From contig OX597817.1 in the NCBI GenBank assembly GCA_951406725.2, forward strand, positions 53,382,001 through 53,446,000: 64,000 nucleotides of DNA, in the 5' to 3' direction. The stretch comes from Octopus vulgaris. Its lineage: Eukaryota. Made by a program: the position numbers and the translations under genes. Of the stretch, positions 49,837 to 62,319 are shown one piece after another; the stretch's first letter is position 1; each line of letters starts with the position of its first letter. Below the pieces are notes generated by a model. The model worked only from the letters and a program-made list of their open reading frames with translations. It was not told the origin of the DNA and did no database searches.

Positions 49837-52137
49837 AAGTTTTATTGTCGAACTGGCACCAGAGAGTCTCTTTTCTGCATTGCCTCTATTTGTTCACTCC
49901 TTTCTTTCTTCTCCAACTGGGATGCAACTACAGTCACTGTGAGACACTGAACCATCCAATTATCTCAGATGAATTAGATTCTTCATTTATGATTAACACA
50001 CTGACACACACACACATACACACATATAGTTCTCTTTACCAAGAAATAGTAGTTGTATGACAAGTACAATTTATGTAATCCCACCTACACACATAATGTG
50101 GGTGAATGCTTGATCAAAAATACTCGTGTCACAATTACAAGTTCCTGAATTCAATTCCACAGCATATCCCTTTGTTTGAGATTTTTCACCCCAGGCCCCT
50201 GTTACCCTATTCTGCTGGATGGGCTGTGTCTGTAAATGAGTGCCAGCCTCATTAATAACTACAGTCACATTGTGTTTAACACACAAACATCTGTAGATTA
50301 ACTCAATTTCTTACACTAATATTGTGAGACACAGAGACTGCCTGGCAGGCCATTAGACAAATTAACCGTTTCTGTGATTCTAGGTTCTAGTCTTATACAG
50401 CAGTATTGAGACAAATGTCTGTGGAATACTCAGCATATTAAATGTAGTACAATGGCCAGGTTGTTTTGTTTGATTTTAACACTGAAGGTGTTCAATAACC
50501 TGAGACCCTCCATTTAATAAATTTCTAGCAGTTCCTTATATTTTTGCATTTTCTTGTTTTATTTAGCCCGGTTTTCATTTATCTTGTTAATATGCAGGGC
50601 TTTAAGGAAAAATCTCTTTCTTGGGTTAAAAAAAACCCAACAACAACAAACCACAAACTGCTGCTGTTGAGAAACTAGATGTTTCTTCGATGACTCATTC
50701 ATCATCTTAGATGTAAAACTGGAGGGGACAAAAAGGGCTGCTGGAATGGACTGTTTCAGGCAGTTACTTGGCATCACATCAATATATATACATATACATA
50801 TATATATATATGTATATGTATGTATATATGTGCAAAAGCAGATTTTCATTCCCTTCCCTGCTCCCTATCTCACACTGCTAACACCTTCTGCCTTGTGCCG
50901 TGGAACTGTATTAACCTTCTGTTGTGATTGCAACCCATTACGCTCTGTTCCCACTAACCTCTATAACTGCGTTCTGTCCAACCCTGCCTGCCCCCGACCA
51001 CTCTCAGCCCTGTCAAGATCTCCTTCAGCAGAAAATGTTGTTTAGGGTTCCATTACTCCTTGTAACAACACCTTGGGAATTATAGGGGATAAGAGTTGTT
51101 GGGGTGGGGAGCCGGTAGATGGTTGGCTGGTTGGCTGGTTGGTTTAGGGTTAAACTCACTTCTGCTGGTCTTGTTCTTTTGTCATTCACTCTCTCCATTT
51201 CTTTTCCTATCTTCATCATTCTCTCTTCATTATTTTCTCTTCCCCACCTCTTCATCTCTTCCTCTTATTTTCCTTCTTTCACTCTCTTTTCCTTCCTTCC
51301 TCTCTTTCTTCCTTTCTTTCTCACTATATATCTACCTTATTTTCTCTTCTCATTCGCCCAAATTACCGCCACCCTCTAATCTCCCCATCTCCCTCTCCTG
51401 CACATTTACATATTGTGTTGATAGTAAGCGCCATCCATGAAATCTATTATAAACCAACAACTATTCACTATTTTGTATTTCATTTTCTTTATTTCTGCTT
51501 AATCAGTTTTTGATCACGGATTGGATTAGAACTGCTGGTTTGTTTATTCATGCGAACAATTCTATTAATTTCATAATAAAACTTGGTTTCTGAACCAGCT
51601 AGAAACAGCAGTCAAACCTCTCTTAAATCATATTCTGTATTTTAAAGAAAAAGATGAACACATTGGATTGTGTACTCTTAGGTATGCTTGAAGGCTGACT
51701 TAGGGCTTAACAACAACAACAACATGAAGAATTTCAATAATTTTACAAGAAATACATTATTTAAAAGCTTTAAAAAAAAAAACTTAAAAAACAAACCATT
51801 AAAATTTCCCCACTTTTTTTCACCTTGGGGCATTTTATGGTAGAATTAAACATACTTGGATACAGGAGAGCTTAGCATGGAATAGATGGTTGTGGTATGG
51901 AAGCACAAAATAGATGTAATTGCTTTGGTATGCTTGGTTCACCTTTTCTAACTTAACTCTTGTGATGCCTATTTATTCCCATCATTTTAAATATATCATG
52001 CATTATCTTGTAACCTCAAGGTTTCAGTGATGTGCTTGTTACATTTTTAGAATGACATTGTAGGCTTGGTGTGAGAGGCCAGATATGGCTAGTTTGTACA
52101 TAAAGCAGGCAGAATATTGAGGCTGGGTGTGGCCAGT

Positions 52138-52334
52138 TTAACCCTTTAGCATTCAGAATACTCTGTCAAATATAATGCTTATTCAAATTGTTTTGAATTT
52201 ATCATGTGTTATCTTGCTTCAGTTTTAGAATGACATTGTAGGTTAAGTATGAGAGGCTGGATCTGTCTGGTCTGATCACAGAATGTGTAGAATATTGTGG
52301 AAAGGTATGACTAGTTTAAATGCTAAATGGTTAA
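52138..52334. mobile_element. piggyBac-like MITE (related fragments at ~35973-36150, ~51955-52137, ~61557-61610)
   Basis: TTAA|ccctttagcatt ... aatgctaaatgg|TTAA. Confidence 0.75.
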
Positions 52335-52947
52335 GTCTGTTTTGCTAATGAGAGAACTTCTCTGTGGTCACTTGACACACCAATAATAGCAGACAAACCC
52401 CAAGATAATCGCTACTGTCTTAAAAGAAAAAATAAAAGGGCATCTTGGATAATATTGTCCTAAATACTCTTAAACAGAGGGGTCAGTTACTGTTGGGTCA
52501 GGGGTTATTGTTGGATTAAGATATGTTTTCAGATATTTGTAACGGAATGGATTTCACTAAAAGCATCCATGGGCCATGTGGTATTGCACTAGGTAATGGA
52601 TAAGTCTACTACCCCAAAGAAGGGTTTAGTCACTCTGATGAGCTTCCACACAGTTTCCTTGAACTCCATTTCATTCACAAAACCTTGGTCAACCTTTGAC
52701 TAAAGTGAGATATTTGCCCAAGGTGCTGTGCAGTGGGTTTGAACTTGAAACCCGTTAGCTGCAACACGCTTCTTAATCGTACTGCCATGCCTGTACCTAT
52801 ACACATAAATAGAATATAAAGAAAATGTATGGACTGGATCCAAATTTCACACATTGGACATATATACCAATAATGAAAAAAATAATCATGGCTAGAGTGC
52901 TAGCTAAAACTATCTATATACATATGTGTATGTGCATGTATGCATAC

Positions 52948-53003
<56 letters not shown>

Positions 53004-53222
53004 TAGTATTTAGCAGAAGCAACAGAGTGACTCAAGAGTAAAGGTTTTTGTGCAAACCTATGTGTGTGTGTGTGCATGCGCACTTACACATGATGAGGTG
53101 CATAACCTTGTGAGTAAGATGTTGGACTCTTGATCATCAGGCCATGGTTTCAATTCTTAGACTGAGCTGCACATAGTATCCTTGAGCAAGGCTTATCATT
53201 TTGCATTGCTTCAGTTTAGTAT

Positions 53223-53273
<51 letters not shown>

Positions 53274-53394
53274 TATATATGTAGGCTCAAAATATAAAAG
53301 CCTTTCACACTTCCCAAGTGTTAAACTAATACATGTTTGTTGTTTACACACCCATCTTCGTCTTTTTTGTATTATTGTAAATTCTCACTATATG

Positions 53395-53448
<54 letters not shown>

Positions 53449-53971
53449 TACGCATGTATACATATGCATACATGTGTGTGTGTGTATGTATGTATATATA
53501 TATAATAATAATATTAGGGAATATTATTCCAAACTTTGCACACGCACACATATATATATATGTATACACACCTCCCATAACTTGAAGGTATATGAGATAT
53601 AGAAAGTCAATAGGGAAAGCAATACTTGTCATTACCACCAATAAAAGAGACAGCTAAAGGAAAAAAAGTAGGTATTTTCGAAGAAACATGCATTATTCAT
53701 GCTGAAATTAAGCGAGCTGCTTGAACATGCATCACCAGAATAGTGAATGGGGCGGTCTGGTCTGCAATATCTGGTGACTTGAGCTCATTAGTCACCAGTG
53801 GAGCCACAAATGTAAAAGTATAATTTTGCCTGAGTGTACAGTGTTCCTAATGGTCAGTGATGGTCGTCTTTGGTCATGCGAAGACAGCCATCAGCGACTG
53901 TAATTGTTTAGTGTATAAAGAGATTGGCTGTTTATTTCTCTAGGACTGGTCAAATTGTTGTGGACAACTCT

Positions 53972-54358
53972 CTTTTACTTGCTTCAGTCATTTGACTGCA
54001 GCCATGCTGGAGCACTGCCTTTAGTCAAGGACATCAACCCCAGGACTTATTCTTTGTAAGCCAAGTACTTAGTGTATCGGTCTATTTTGCTGAACTGCTA
54101 AGTTACGGGGAAGTAAACACACCAGCTTCGGTTGTCAAGCGATGTGGGGGGTGGGGGGCAAACACAGACACACAAACACACACACATGTATACATATATA
54201 CGATGGGCTTCTTTCAGTTTCCGTCTACCAAATCTGCTCACAAGGCTTTGGTTGTCCTGAGGCTATAGTAGAAGACACTTGCCCAAGGTGCCATGCAGTG
54301 ACACTGAACACTGAACCATGTGGTTGGTAAGCAAGCTACTTACCACACAGCCACTCCT
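53972..54358 (-). mobile_element. SINE family A inserted into a hammerhead-bearing repeat
   Basis: Full reverse-complemented family A sequence; flanks rejoin to match 54933-55087. Confidence 0.85.
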
Positions 54359-54639
54359 GTATCTGTATCCAGTAAGATTTGAAAATTGATTAAGGTTGTT
54401 CATTTTTTTCCTGTCTATGGAGAAAGTTAAATTAGCCGAGTTTAGAAAGATACCATATAGGTTACAAATATTATACCCTACCTTGATACTGTTTGGACCA
54501 AGATCCTTGTTGACAGGCTCCTGGTATTTACATGTTTTAACATTTATAGTATGCAAGTAGTAACTTCAGTTTTCTGTAGTTTTTGAGTATATTAACAATC
54601 GCATAGGAGGGCTCTGAAAGGGATCTCAGGTAGTAGTGT

Positions 54640-54932
54640 CCCTGCCTTCCTGAGCTAGTTTTCCACCACATTTCTTAAAAATTGTGGTAAAGGTCTTGGT
54701 CTCAGGAACACTCATGTCTAGAAACTGAGATTGGGGGTATGCAAGGGCATGCTCCCTGTAGAAAATCTAGCTCCGAAAAAGCCTCAGGAGAATCGACACC
54801 AGCCAGCCTGCCCGCCCAAAGGTTGGAGTGGGCTGCACCCTGCCTACCCCAGTTGCTATGGCATTGAGGTCGATCCGGTCACCCTTGTTAACGGGGACAA
54901 AATCCGGATTTAAAACACTGGATGATGATGAT
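54640..54932 (+). mobile_element. Retroposon 3' part with (GAT)n tail, distinct family
   Basis: gggggtatgcaagggcatgctccctgtagaaa motif (resembles the family B domain); ends ctggatgatgatgatg. Confidence 0.5.
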
Positions 54933-54972
54933 GGGTGCTTGTTTCTCTGGGATTGGTCAAATTGATGTGGAC

Positions 54973-55015
54973 ACCTCTGATGAGGAACCAATAAGATCTG
55001 AAAATCAGTTGAGGT
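54973..55015 (+). ncRNA. Hammerhead motif (decayed) in a directly repeated unit
   Basis: acct-ctgatga-gga accaataaga tct-gaaa-atcagt-tg-aggt; sister copy 54381-54396 reads gaaa-attgat-ta-aggt. Confidence 0.55.
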
Positions 55016-56833
55016 TTATTTTTTTTTTCAGTCTATGGAGAAACAACTAAATTAGCCCTGTTTATAAAAATACTATGTAGGTTACATGCACGCACACACA
55101 CACTTGTATGTCATGGTTATTTTACAGATGTAACATAGTTTCATATTGTTGGTTGTACATCTACCTCCTTCTAATGCTGTGTTGTAAGATTGAACATGCC
55201 ATCATTACATGTGCCACTACTCTCCATACTGTCCATACTCTATACTCTCTCTGCCTGGATGGCCATCCAGCCACCAGCTTCTGTGACACAGTAAACTCAA
55301 TATTGTTAATGACGACAACAAAGAGGCTTCTTCCCCCCATCCCTTCCCTCTACTTATCAATACCACATCAATACTAAATTGATAACATTTTTCGTACAGC
55401 TGCTGCTCTATTGAACATGAAATAGTTTCGCTGGTGAAGATTTCTCTTACTCCATCTCTCTCTCACACCCACACACACACGTACCTGTGTGATTGCACAC
55501 ATTCTATTACACGCACATGCGCACCCTCCTATGCATGCTCCTTTATGAGCACTCTGTCATGCACTTTTGTGCATATGTATTCTTTTGCACACATACATAC
55601 CCACTTTCTCCACATACTCTCTGTCTCTCTAACATGCATTCTCTCCCTCTCTCTTTTCCTCTGACTCTCCCTCTTCCTCTCTCATACTAAACTCAATCCA
55701 TTGATCTAGTTTTATTATTAAAATCAGGTTAATATGTAGGTTGAGTAATTATTATTATTTTTTTGTCACAGCTGTTTTAATTAGATAGGACAGTGTTTAC
55801 ATATTGATTTTAATTGGTTAGGAAGGTATAACTGTAATATCACTCTCTCTCTCTCTTTTTCTTCACATCTGCCTCTCCCCTTCTCATACTCAATGATTCA
55901 GTAATTAACTGAATAAGATGACTTGAAACTATATAACTGTATTGCTACACGTTTTGCCAGGGACAGTTTTAATTTTAACTTTCATACTTCTTGGATTAAT
56001 AAACTCGCTTTTTATCCAAACCAACACAGTTCTCTTCTTGTGTCATAGATAGAATTTGATATCAATATCCACTGAAACAACGAGGGCTGCAAGCTGGCAG
56101 AATCATTCACATTGCCAGGCTAAATGCTTAGCAACATTTCGTCCATCTTTACATTCTGAGTTTAAATTCTGCCGAGTAAACTTTTGTCTATCGTCCTTTT
56201 GGGGGGAGGGGGTGATACAATAAGTACCAGTCATATACTGGAGTTGATATCACTGACTTACCCCCTCCCTCAAGATTGCTGGCCTTTGAAACCAGTATTA
56301 CTATTGTCAATGTGAACTTTAGTACCAGTCATGTACTGGGGTTAATATAACCTGTCATACTGTCATTTAATACATGTGACATTGTGCCTACATTAGACTT
56401 TCTGTGCTGAGGTCATCTTGACCTTTTATCTTTCCGTGGCACAAAATAAAGTTTCCCTGGAGATTTGTCTTGTTCTTTTTTTTTTAAATTTGAGTCCTTG
56501 TGCATCATAACCAAGTGTGCACAACATGGTGAGTGCATATCAAAATAAACAGCACATCACGTTACAGGTGGGGCCCGGTTAGAATTTTTGTCAGATCAAG
56601 TAGCTCATCTCACTCTAAAGGTCCCTGAATAAGGACTGTTTAAGAATGATGAATGAAAGGTTGACTTTGCCTTTCATCGTTGTGGAGTCAATAAAATAAG
56701 AACCACTTGAACACTGGGATCGATGTAATCGACTCACCCCTCTTCCGATATCGCTGGCCTTGTTCCAAAATTTGAAACCATTTTTATTGTAATGGTGGTA
56801 AGTTCTTAGTGTCAGGCAAAATGCATTGCAATA

Positions 56834-57021
56834 CATTAACCCCTTGACTATTGCAGGTGTTATGTTCCGAAACCCCCTGCAGTAGGTGAAAATCCGTGTT
56901 CATTTTCATAATTTGTATATATTTATTTTATTATAAATGCAAAACAACACCGTGGAGGATTCGACATAGGCTTAAATAATAAGCTGTGACAGGTGACCTG
57001 CGATATAGTGAGGGATTACTG
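56834..57021. mobile_element. Tigger/pogo-like MITE
   Basis: TA|cattaacccc.tgacta ... gcgatatagtgagggattactg; the TA follows after the inserted SINE. Confidence 0.6.
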
Positions 57022-57255
57022 GCATATGGCGTAGTAGTTAAGAGTGCGGGCTACTAACCCCAAGATTCTGAGTTCGATTCCAAACAGTGACCTGAATAAT
57101 AATAATATCAAAAAATACCTTAGGATTGAGAACCCAGGCTCCAAATTTCCCCAAGGCACCTGATGAAGGCTGGAGTGTATATCAGCCGAAGAGTTGTGTT
57201 AACAACAAACAAGATGAGAACAAATATCTGTCAAATGTAAATAATGTAAATAAAG
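57022..57255 (+). mobile_element. tRNA-headed SINE with a hammerhead-containing 3' half and (aatgtaaat)-type tail
   Basis: A box tggcgtagtag, B box gttcgattcc (57072-57081), hammerhead at 57156-57199, putative TSD ttactg (57016-57021, 57256-57261). Confidence 0.75.
57156..57199 (+). ncRNA. Type-I hammerhead motif; GAAAC apparently mutated to GAAGA in this copy
   Basis: gcac-ctgatga-a-ggctg gagtgtatat cagcc-gaag-ag-tt-gtgt. Confidence 0.6.
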
Positions 57256-59073
57256 TTACTGTATTTAGTTGTCATGTTATTAAATTCTGGTGTTGATTGT
57301 ATTGACTCATTTGTGTCCCTTCGAAAGTGCTTCCCTTGAGCCTAAACTAGAAACAAAAAGGTGATAAGCTTGTAGAATTGTTAGAGTACTGGAATAAAAT
57401 GCTTTCAGCTATTTCTCGTCACTTTACATTCTGAGTTCAAATCCTGCTGAAGTCAACTTTGCTTTTCAATTTTTTAGGGATCACTAAAAAATAAAGTAGT
57501 AGTCAATTACAGGGGTTGATGGTATCGAGTAACCATCTTCTCTTAAATTTGTACCTAAATAAAAAACTATTATTATTAAAAGTGATGGGTGATAGAATTG
57601 GCAGTACATTGAGTAAGATGCTTTGCAGTAATTAGTGAATTACCATTATAGAATCAGTAAAATATTGGCTTCAAATTTTGGTACAAGGCCAGCAGTTCCA
57701 GTAGAGTGGGTAAGTTGATTACATCAACCCCAGTACTCAGCTGGTACTTTTTTTTTTTTTTATTGAAGTTGACCTCAGTGGAAATTGAACCCAGGGCATA
57801 AAGACAGATGAAAGGTTGCTAAGCATTTTGTTTGGTGTGCGAGTAGTTCTGAAAGCTTGATTGAGCCGGACTCAGTGAACCACGCACTTAAAAACTGAGG
57901 CCAGTGACTCACACACACATACAGTGAACCATGGATTTAAAATATGAGGCTAGCGATACACATGCATGCACACGTGTGCACACACACAGTGTACCACACA
58001 CTTAAAATCTGAGGCCAGCAACACACGCATGCACACGTGCACATACACATATGCATGCATTCACATGCATACATAGACATGCACATATGCACATGTGCAT
58101 ACATGTGCATGTACACAGCTGCATATGCATACACATGCATGCACACACATGTACACATACACACACACACACAGCTATTTCATCAAGCTATGATAAATGT
58201 GTTTAAAGAAAGGATGACACTACACAACTGTATTTCTTTCAGCTTTTATAGCTTCTGGCATAACCTTCAGTTTTTTTATTTCATTTTCCATTTTTTATAT
58301 TTTATTTGCTATTTCTGTTTCATCATATTTCTGATGATTTCAACCTTGGATATGTTGTTTGGAGGCAGAAAATTGTTTTTGCTGTTATCATTGTCACTAT
58401 CTCCTAGAGTAGCTGTATTTACCTGGAATAATTCATCAAATCTTCTGACACTTTGGCTAATTCTGTAATATCCTCATCTCCACTTGGCTCTCAATCTCAC
58501 CATTATTCTAACCCCAAGTACTCTTTGATGTTCTTGTAATTTTATGTTTCTGTTTTGTTGCGAAGTATTTGATGATAGTTGCTCAAAGCTAAAATTTGGA
58601 TAACACGTCACTGAAGAACCAATTTTGCCTGTTAACATTTCAAGCTGATAGTGTTAGGAAGAGTAGGTGGGGCCTTTCTGCTGTCATTTATAAGGGAGGG
58701 AGGAGATAAAAGAACATAAGTTATTGCTTGTTGAGCTTTACTAAACAGGTGTTTTGGAATTGCAATGTTCATCATCATCATCTCAGCTAATAATAATCCA
58801 AAAGGTGATAAGTTGTTGGAGCTTTGGATAGACAACTCAGGGTATTAATTACATGATTTCTGTTCCAAGTTCAAATCTTACTGACTTCATTTTTGGTTTT
58901 CACTCTTTCAGTACCAACAAAAATGTAGGGCAGTGGATTCATTGACCCGTTTGAATGTTGGTCATATTGTCTTGCAATAATCTGTTCCAACTCTTTGGGT
59001 TTTGGCAGCAATACTTGTGATGACACAGGTGCCTAGTTATACCAGTTCTATAGTGGCAGCCTTTCCCTTAGAT

Positions 59074-59353
59074 CAGTGGTTCTCAATGGGGTCCGCATGA
59101 CCTTTGGAGATTCACATGACCCTTGGGGATCCACATGACCCTTAGGGGTCCATATAAGATTTTGTTATTAAAAATTATGTGCAATAAATTGGCTATACTT
59201 ATACACAAAATATTTTAACTTTTATGCAATTCCTAATAACATTTAATTATAAAAATATGAGATTAAAAAAAAAAAATTAAATGGTTATGGGGTCCAATGG
59301 AGTAAAATAGGATTCAAAAGGGTCCAGAGGCAAAAAATGGTTGAGAACTACTG
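59074..59353. mobile_element. hAT (Charlie-like) MITE; related fragment at ~47053-47170
   Basis: TIRs cagtggttctcaa / ttgagaactactg; flanks ccttagat / tattagac; internal ca(c/t)atgaccc repeats. Confidence 0.75.
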
Positions 59354-59856
59354 TATTAGACAAACATTAGTGGAGACAGGAGACTTGCATATATGGACAA
59401 ATAGTGCTCCTCCCCCCAATAAAAAAACAGCAAGTAACAAAAAGAAATACTTGCTTAGGCTTGTATATACAGAAACAGATAAATGGCCATCCCTGACTGA
59501 TGGATATCCCCAAGAATAGTCCAGGTCGTAACTCCCATGTCTTCATTCTGTTGGAAGGAAAAATTTTATTTTTGTATAATGCCTTGTGTTATTTAGTGAC
59601 ATCACTTCGTGTTCTGTGGTTAAAATCCCATCAAGGCTGATGACCTATCAACCTGTAACTGTTCCTCTTTGGAGCTAACAGCCTTGGGGTCAGGAGAGAA
59701 GGAACTGAGACTTGCAACACAATGTTTGCTTACCCCTGTCTGCCAACCTATTTATGAATCTGCTTCTAATGTATGTCCAATGTTCATGTGTTTCAGTTAA
59801 TTTTGAAAATAAGCATGATTTTTGGGAGATTTAGTAAAATAACATACCATATTGTT

Positions 59857-60225
59857 TAGAGCACCATCCAAGCGTGATCGTTGCCAGAGCAGCTATCTGG
59901 CCCCCGTGCCGGTGGCACGTAAAAGACACTGTTCAAGTGTGATCGTTACCAGCATTGCCTTACTGGCACCTGTGCTGGTGGCATGTGTAAAAAGATTTGA
60001 GCAAGGTCGTTGCCAGTACCACCTGACTGGCCCTGTGCTGGTGGCATGTAAAAGCACCCACTACACTCTCGGAGTGGTTGGCGTTAGGAAGGGCATCCAG
60101 CTGTAGAAACTCTACCAGATCAAGATTGGAGCCTGGTGCTGCCATCTGGTTCACCAGCCTTCAGTCATTCGTCCAACCCATGCTAGCATGGAAAGCAGAC
60201 GTTAAACGATGATGATGATGATGAT
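59857..60225 (+). mobile_element. SINE family B
   Basis: 5' modules, conserved 3' domain and (GAT)n. Confidence 0.85.
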
Positions 60226-60891
60226 TGTTAATTCTAGTGTTTGGATCACAACAAAAGCTCTTAAAAGTATGGTGAATAGCTTTAAACGACACACTTTAAA
60301 AGCAGAGGTTTTGTGTTTTAGAATCAGAGACAGATTTAGACAGGCTGGTTTCCAAAGGATTAAAGGGCTTTTGTTTATCAACTTTGCATTGGGACTTGTA
60401 AGGAAACCATTGTTGTCCAGTCTAACTGTGCTAAATTAGTTAAAACTATCCATCATTTCTGCTTCTGCCATATTTGTTTTGTGTATAGCAGTGTGAAACA
60501 GACTGCTGTATAGACATGTTATTTATACATATGCACCAGATTTGAAATAACAGTCAGGAAGCATATTGAAACTTTTGAGTGTATGAATTATTGATTTCTT
60601 TAGAGTTTTTCCTTCTTTGTCTGAGAAGGTCCTTGAAAATAGCAGATATGAGTCATGTTTAATCTGTAAAAGTTTTGTGATTTATCTTTAAGTGTGACAG
60701 GAAGGTAAATACATATACACACATATATAGAAAGACTGAAGCTGTTGGGTCTTTTATGGTGTTTAGAGGAAGTAGATTTTAGTGTCTGCTTCTGATTGAT
60801 GTCAAACCTATTATTAATTCATCATAATAGCGTTTTTTTTTGTTTTTTTTAGGCAACATGGTTAAAAAATTTGATTTGCAAACCATGTAGT

Positions 60892-61336
60892 CAGCGCTGG
60901 ATTAAGCATTAAGCAAAATAAGCATGTGCTTAGGGCACCAAGGGACGGGGACACCACAGAAATGAACATGGTCTACGGCATGAAAGAAATCACTTTAAAC
61001 TTGCTAAAATAATATTCGTAATGCCTTATCTCTTCTCAGTATAGAAGCAGAAGTTTTATGTAAAATTAATTTTAACAATATCCTCGAACACTTTGCAATG
61101 AATAAAAAAGAGAAAACTTTTCAAATATACATAAAGTGGAAGGATACAAAAATAAACATTATTTTCCATCTTACTGTTAATTTTGTTTCATTTTGAAAAA
61201 CAAAAATTTATTTTATGGTTTATTATTGTTTACATTTTGAATCATTTTTGTTTACATTTTGAACCGTTTACACATACTTGAGGGCACAAAAATCTTTTAA
61301 GTGCTTAGGGCCTCTATGGGCCTTAATCTGGCCCTG
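60892..61336. mobile_element. hAT-like MITE
   Basis: TIRs cagcgctggattaag / cttaatctggccctg; perfect 8-bp TSD catgtagt (60884-60891, 61337-61344). Confidence 0.85.
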
Positions 61337-61609
61337 CATGTAGTTTTAAGTAGTGTACTCAAATTATGTCTTTTATGCAAAGGCCTGTCTTTAGCTTCCA
61401 TTCTTTAGTAATAGGCAAAGCACCATGAGGAATTTAATGACTGAAGCCCCTTGACGTAGTGCCCTAGTTTGGCTGTGGTATATAAAGAAATAAAATAAAT
61501 TTTTGTGTTTCTGCATACTTGAGAATACATCCAAGACGGTCAAATGGTTAAGATGTTTAACCTTTTAGCATTTGGATTATTTAGTCAAATGCAATGCTTA
61601 TTTGTTCAC

Positions 61610-61760
61610 CCTTGTGCTCAGATGTCTGGATTCTGCACTCCAAGTCAGCTGTAAGAGTCCAGTTCTCACACCCACCCAGAAGGATCAGTCTCCGGGGTCT
61701 TGTACACTCTGAGTCTTGTTGGAGATAAATGTTGCTCATGTCCAGCCTGAAATACAGGAG
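61610..61760 (-). pseudogene. RTE-like LINE fragment
   Basis: Minus-strand peptide ILLGGCENWTLTADLECRIQTSEHK resembles the LLYGCETWTL motif. Confidence 0.65.
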
Positions 61761-61948
61761 GTCAGTGTTTATGCAGGAGAAATGTGGGTGGGGAAGGGAC
61801 CTGGTCTAAAGGTATTTGCAACTAAGTGGACTCTGCTATGGACCAAGTCTACATCTCTGGGACATTCAAAGGACCACTTGATGGTGGTGATAAACTGGGG
61901 ACTATATATAAATTATAGTCCAGTATATAAATTATAAATTATTCTAGA

Positions 61949-62319
61949 CTAGCAGTATCGCCCGGCGTTGCTCGGGTTTGTAAGGGAAATAACTATAAAG
62001 CATTTTTAGTGAGTTATAGGCAAAAAATGGAAAAAAAATGATGGTAAATTTTTTTTTAGTTAAAAAGGTCGAGTTGCGTCCCCTAGACAGTCTGTGGTTT
62101 GTGTTTCTGATTCTCGACCCCATGTCGAAATTATCGATTTTTTTCAGAACTGGGGGAACTTTTCAAAATTTTCGCTGCGTTAGTTTTGAATTATGACATT
62201 GGGCTATGTGTGTGTCAAGTTTCATCAGAATCGGTTGAAAGCCGTGGTCAGGGTGAGGGTACAACCTAACAGACACACAGAAACACACACAGACAAACTG
62301 CCGTTTATATATAGAGAGA
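61949..62319 (-). mobile_element. Non-autonomous Helitron
   Basis: Minus strand starts A|TCtctctatatataaa; ends cccgagcaacgccgggcgatactgCTAG|T. Confidence 0.85.

Noticed and set aside
52630-52665. ctgatgag as a hammerhead core
   Set aside because: No stem II or GAAA follows; it is the edge of an old minus-strand family A SINE.
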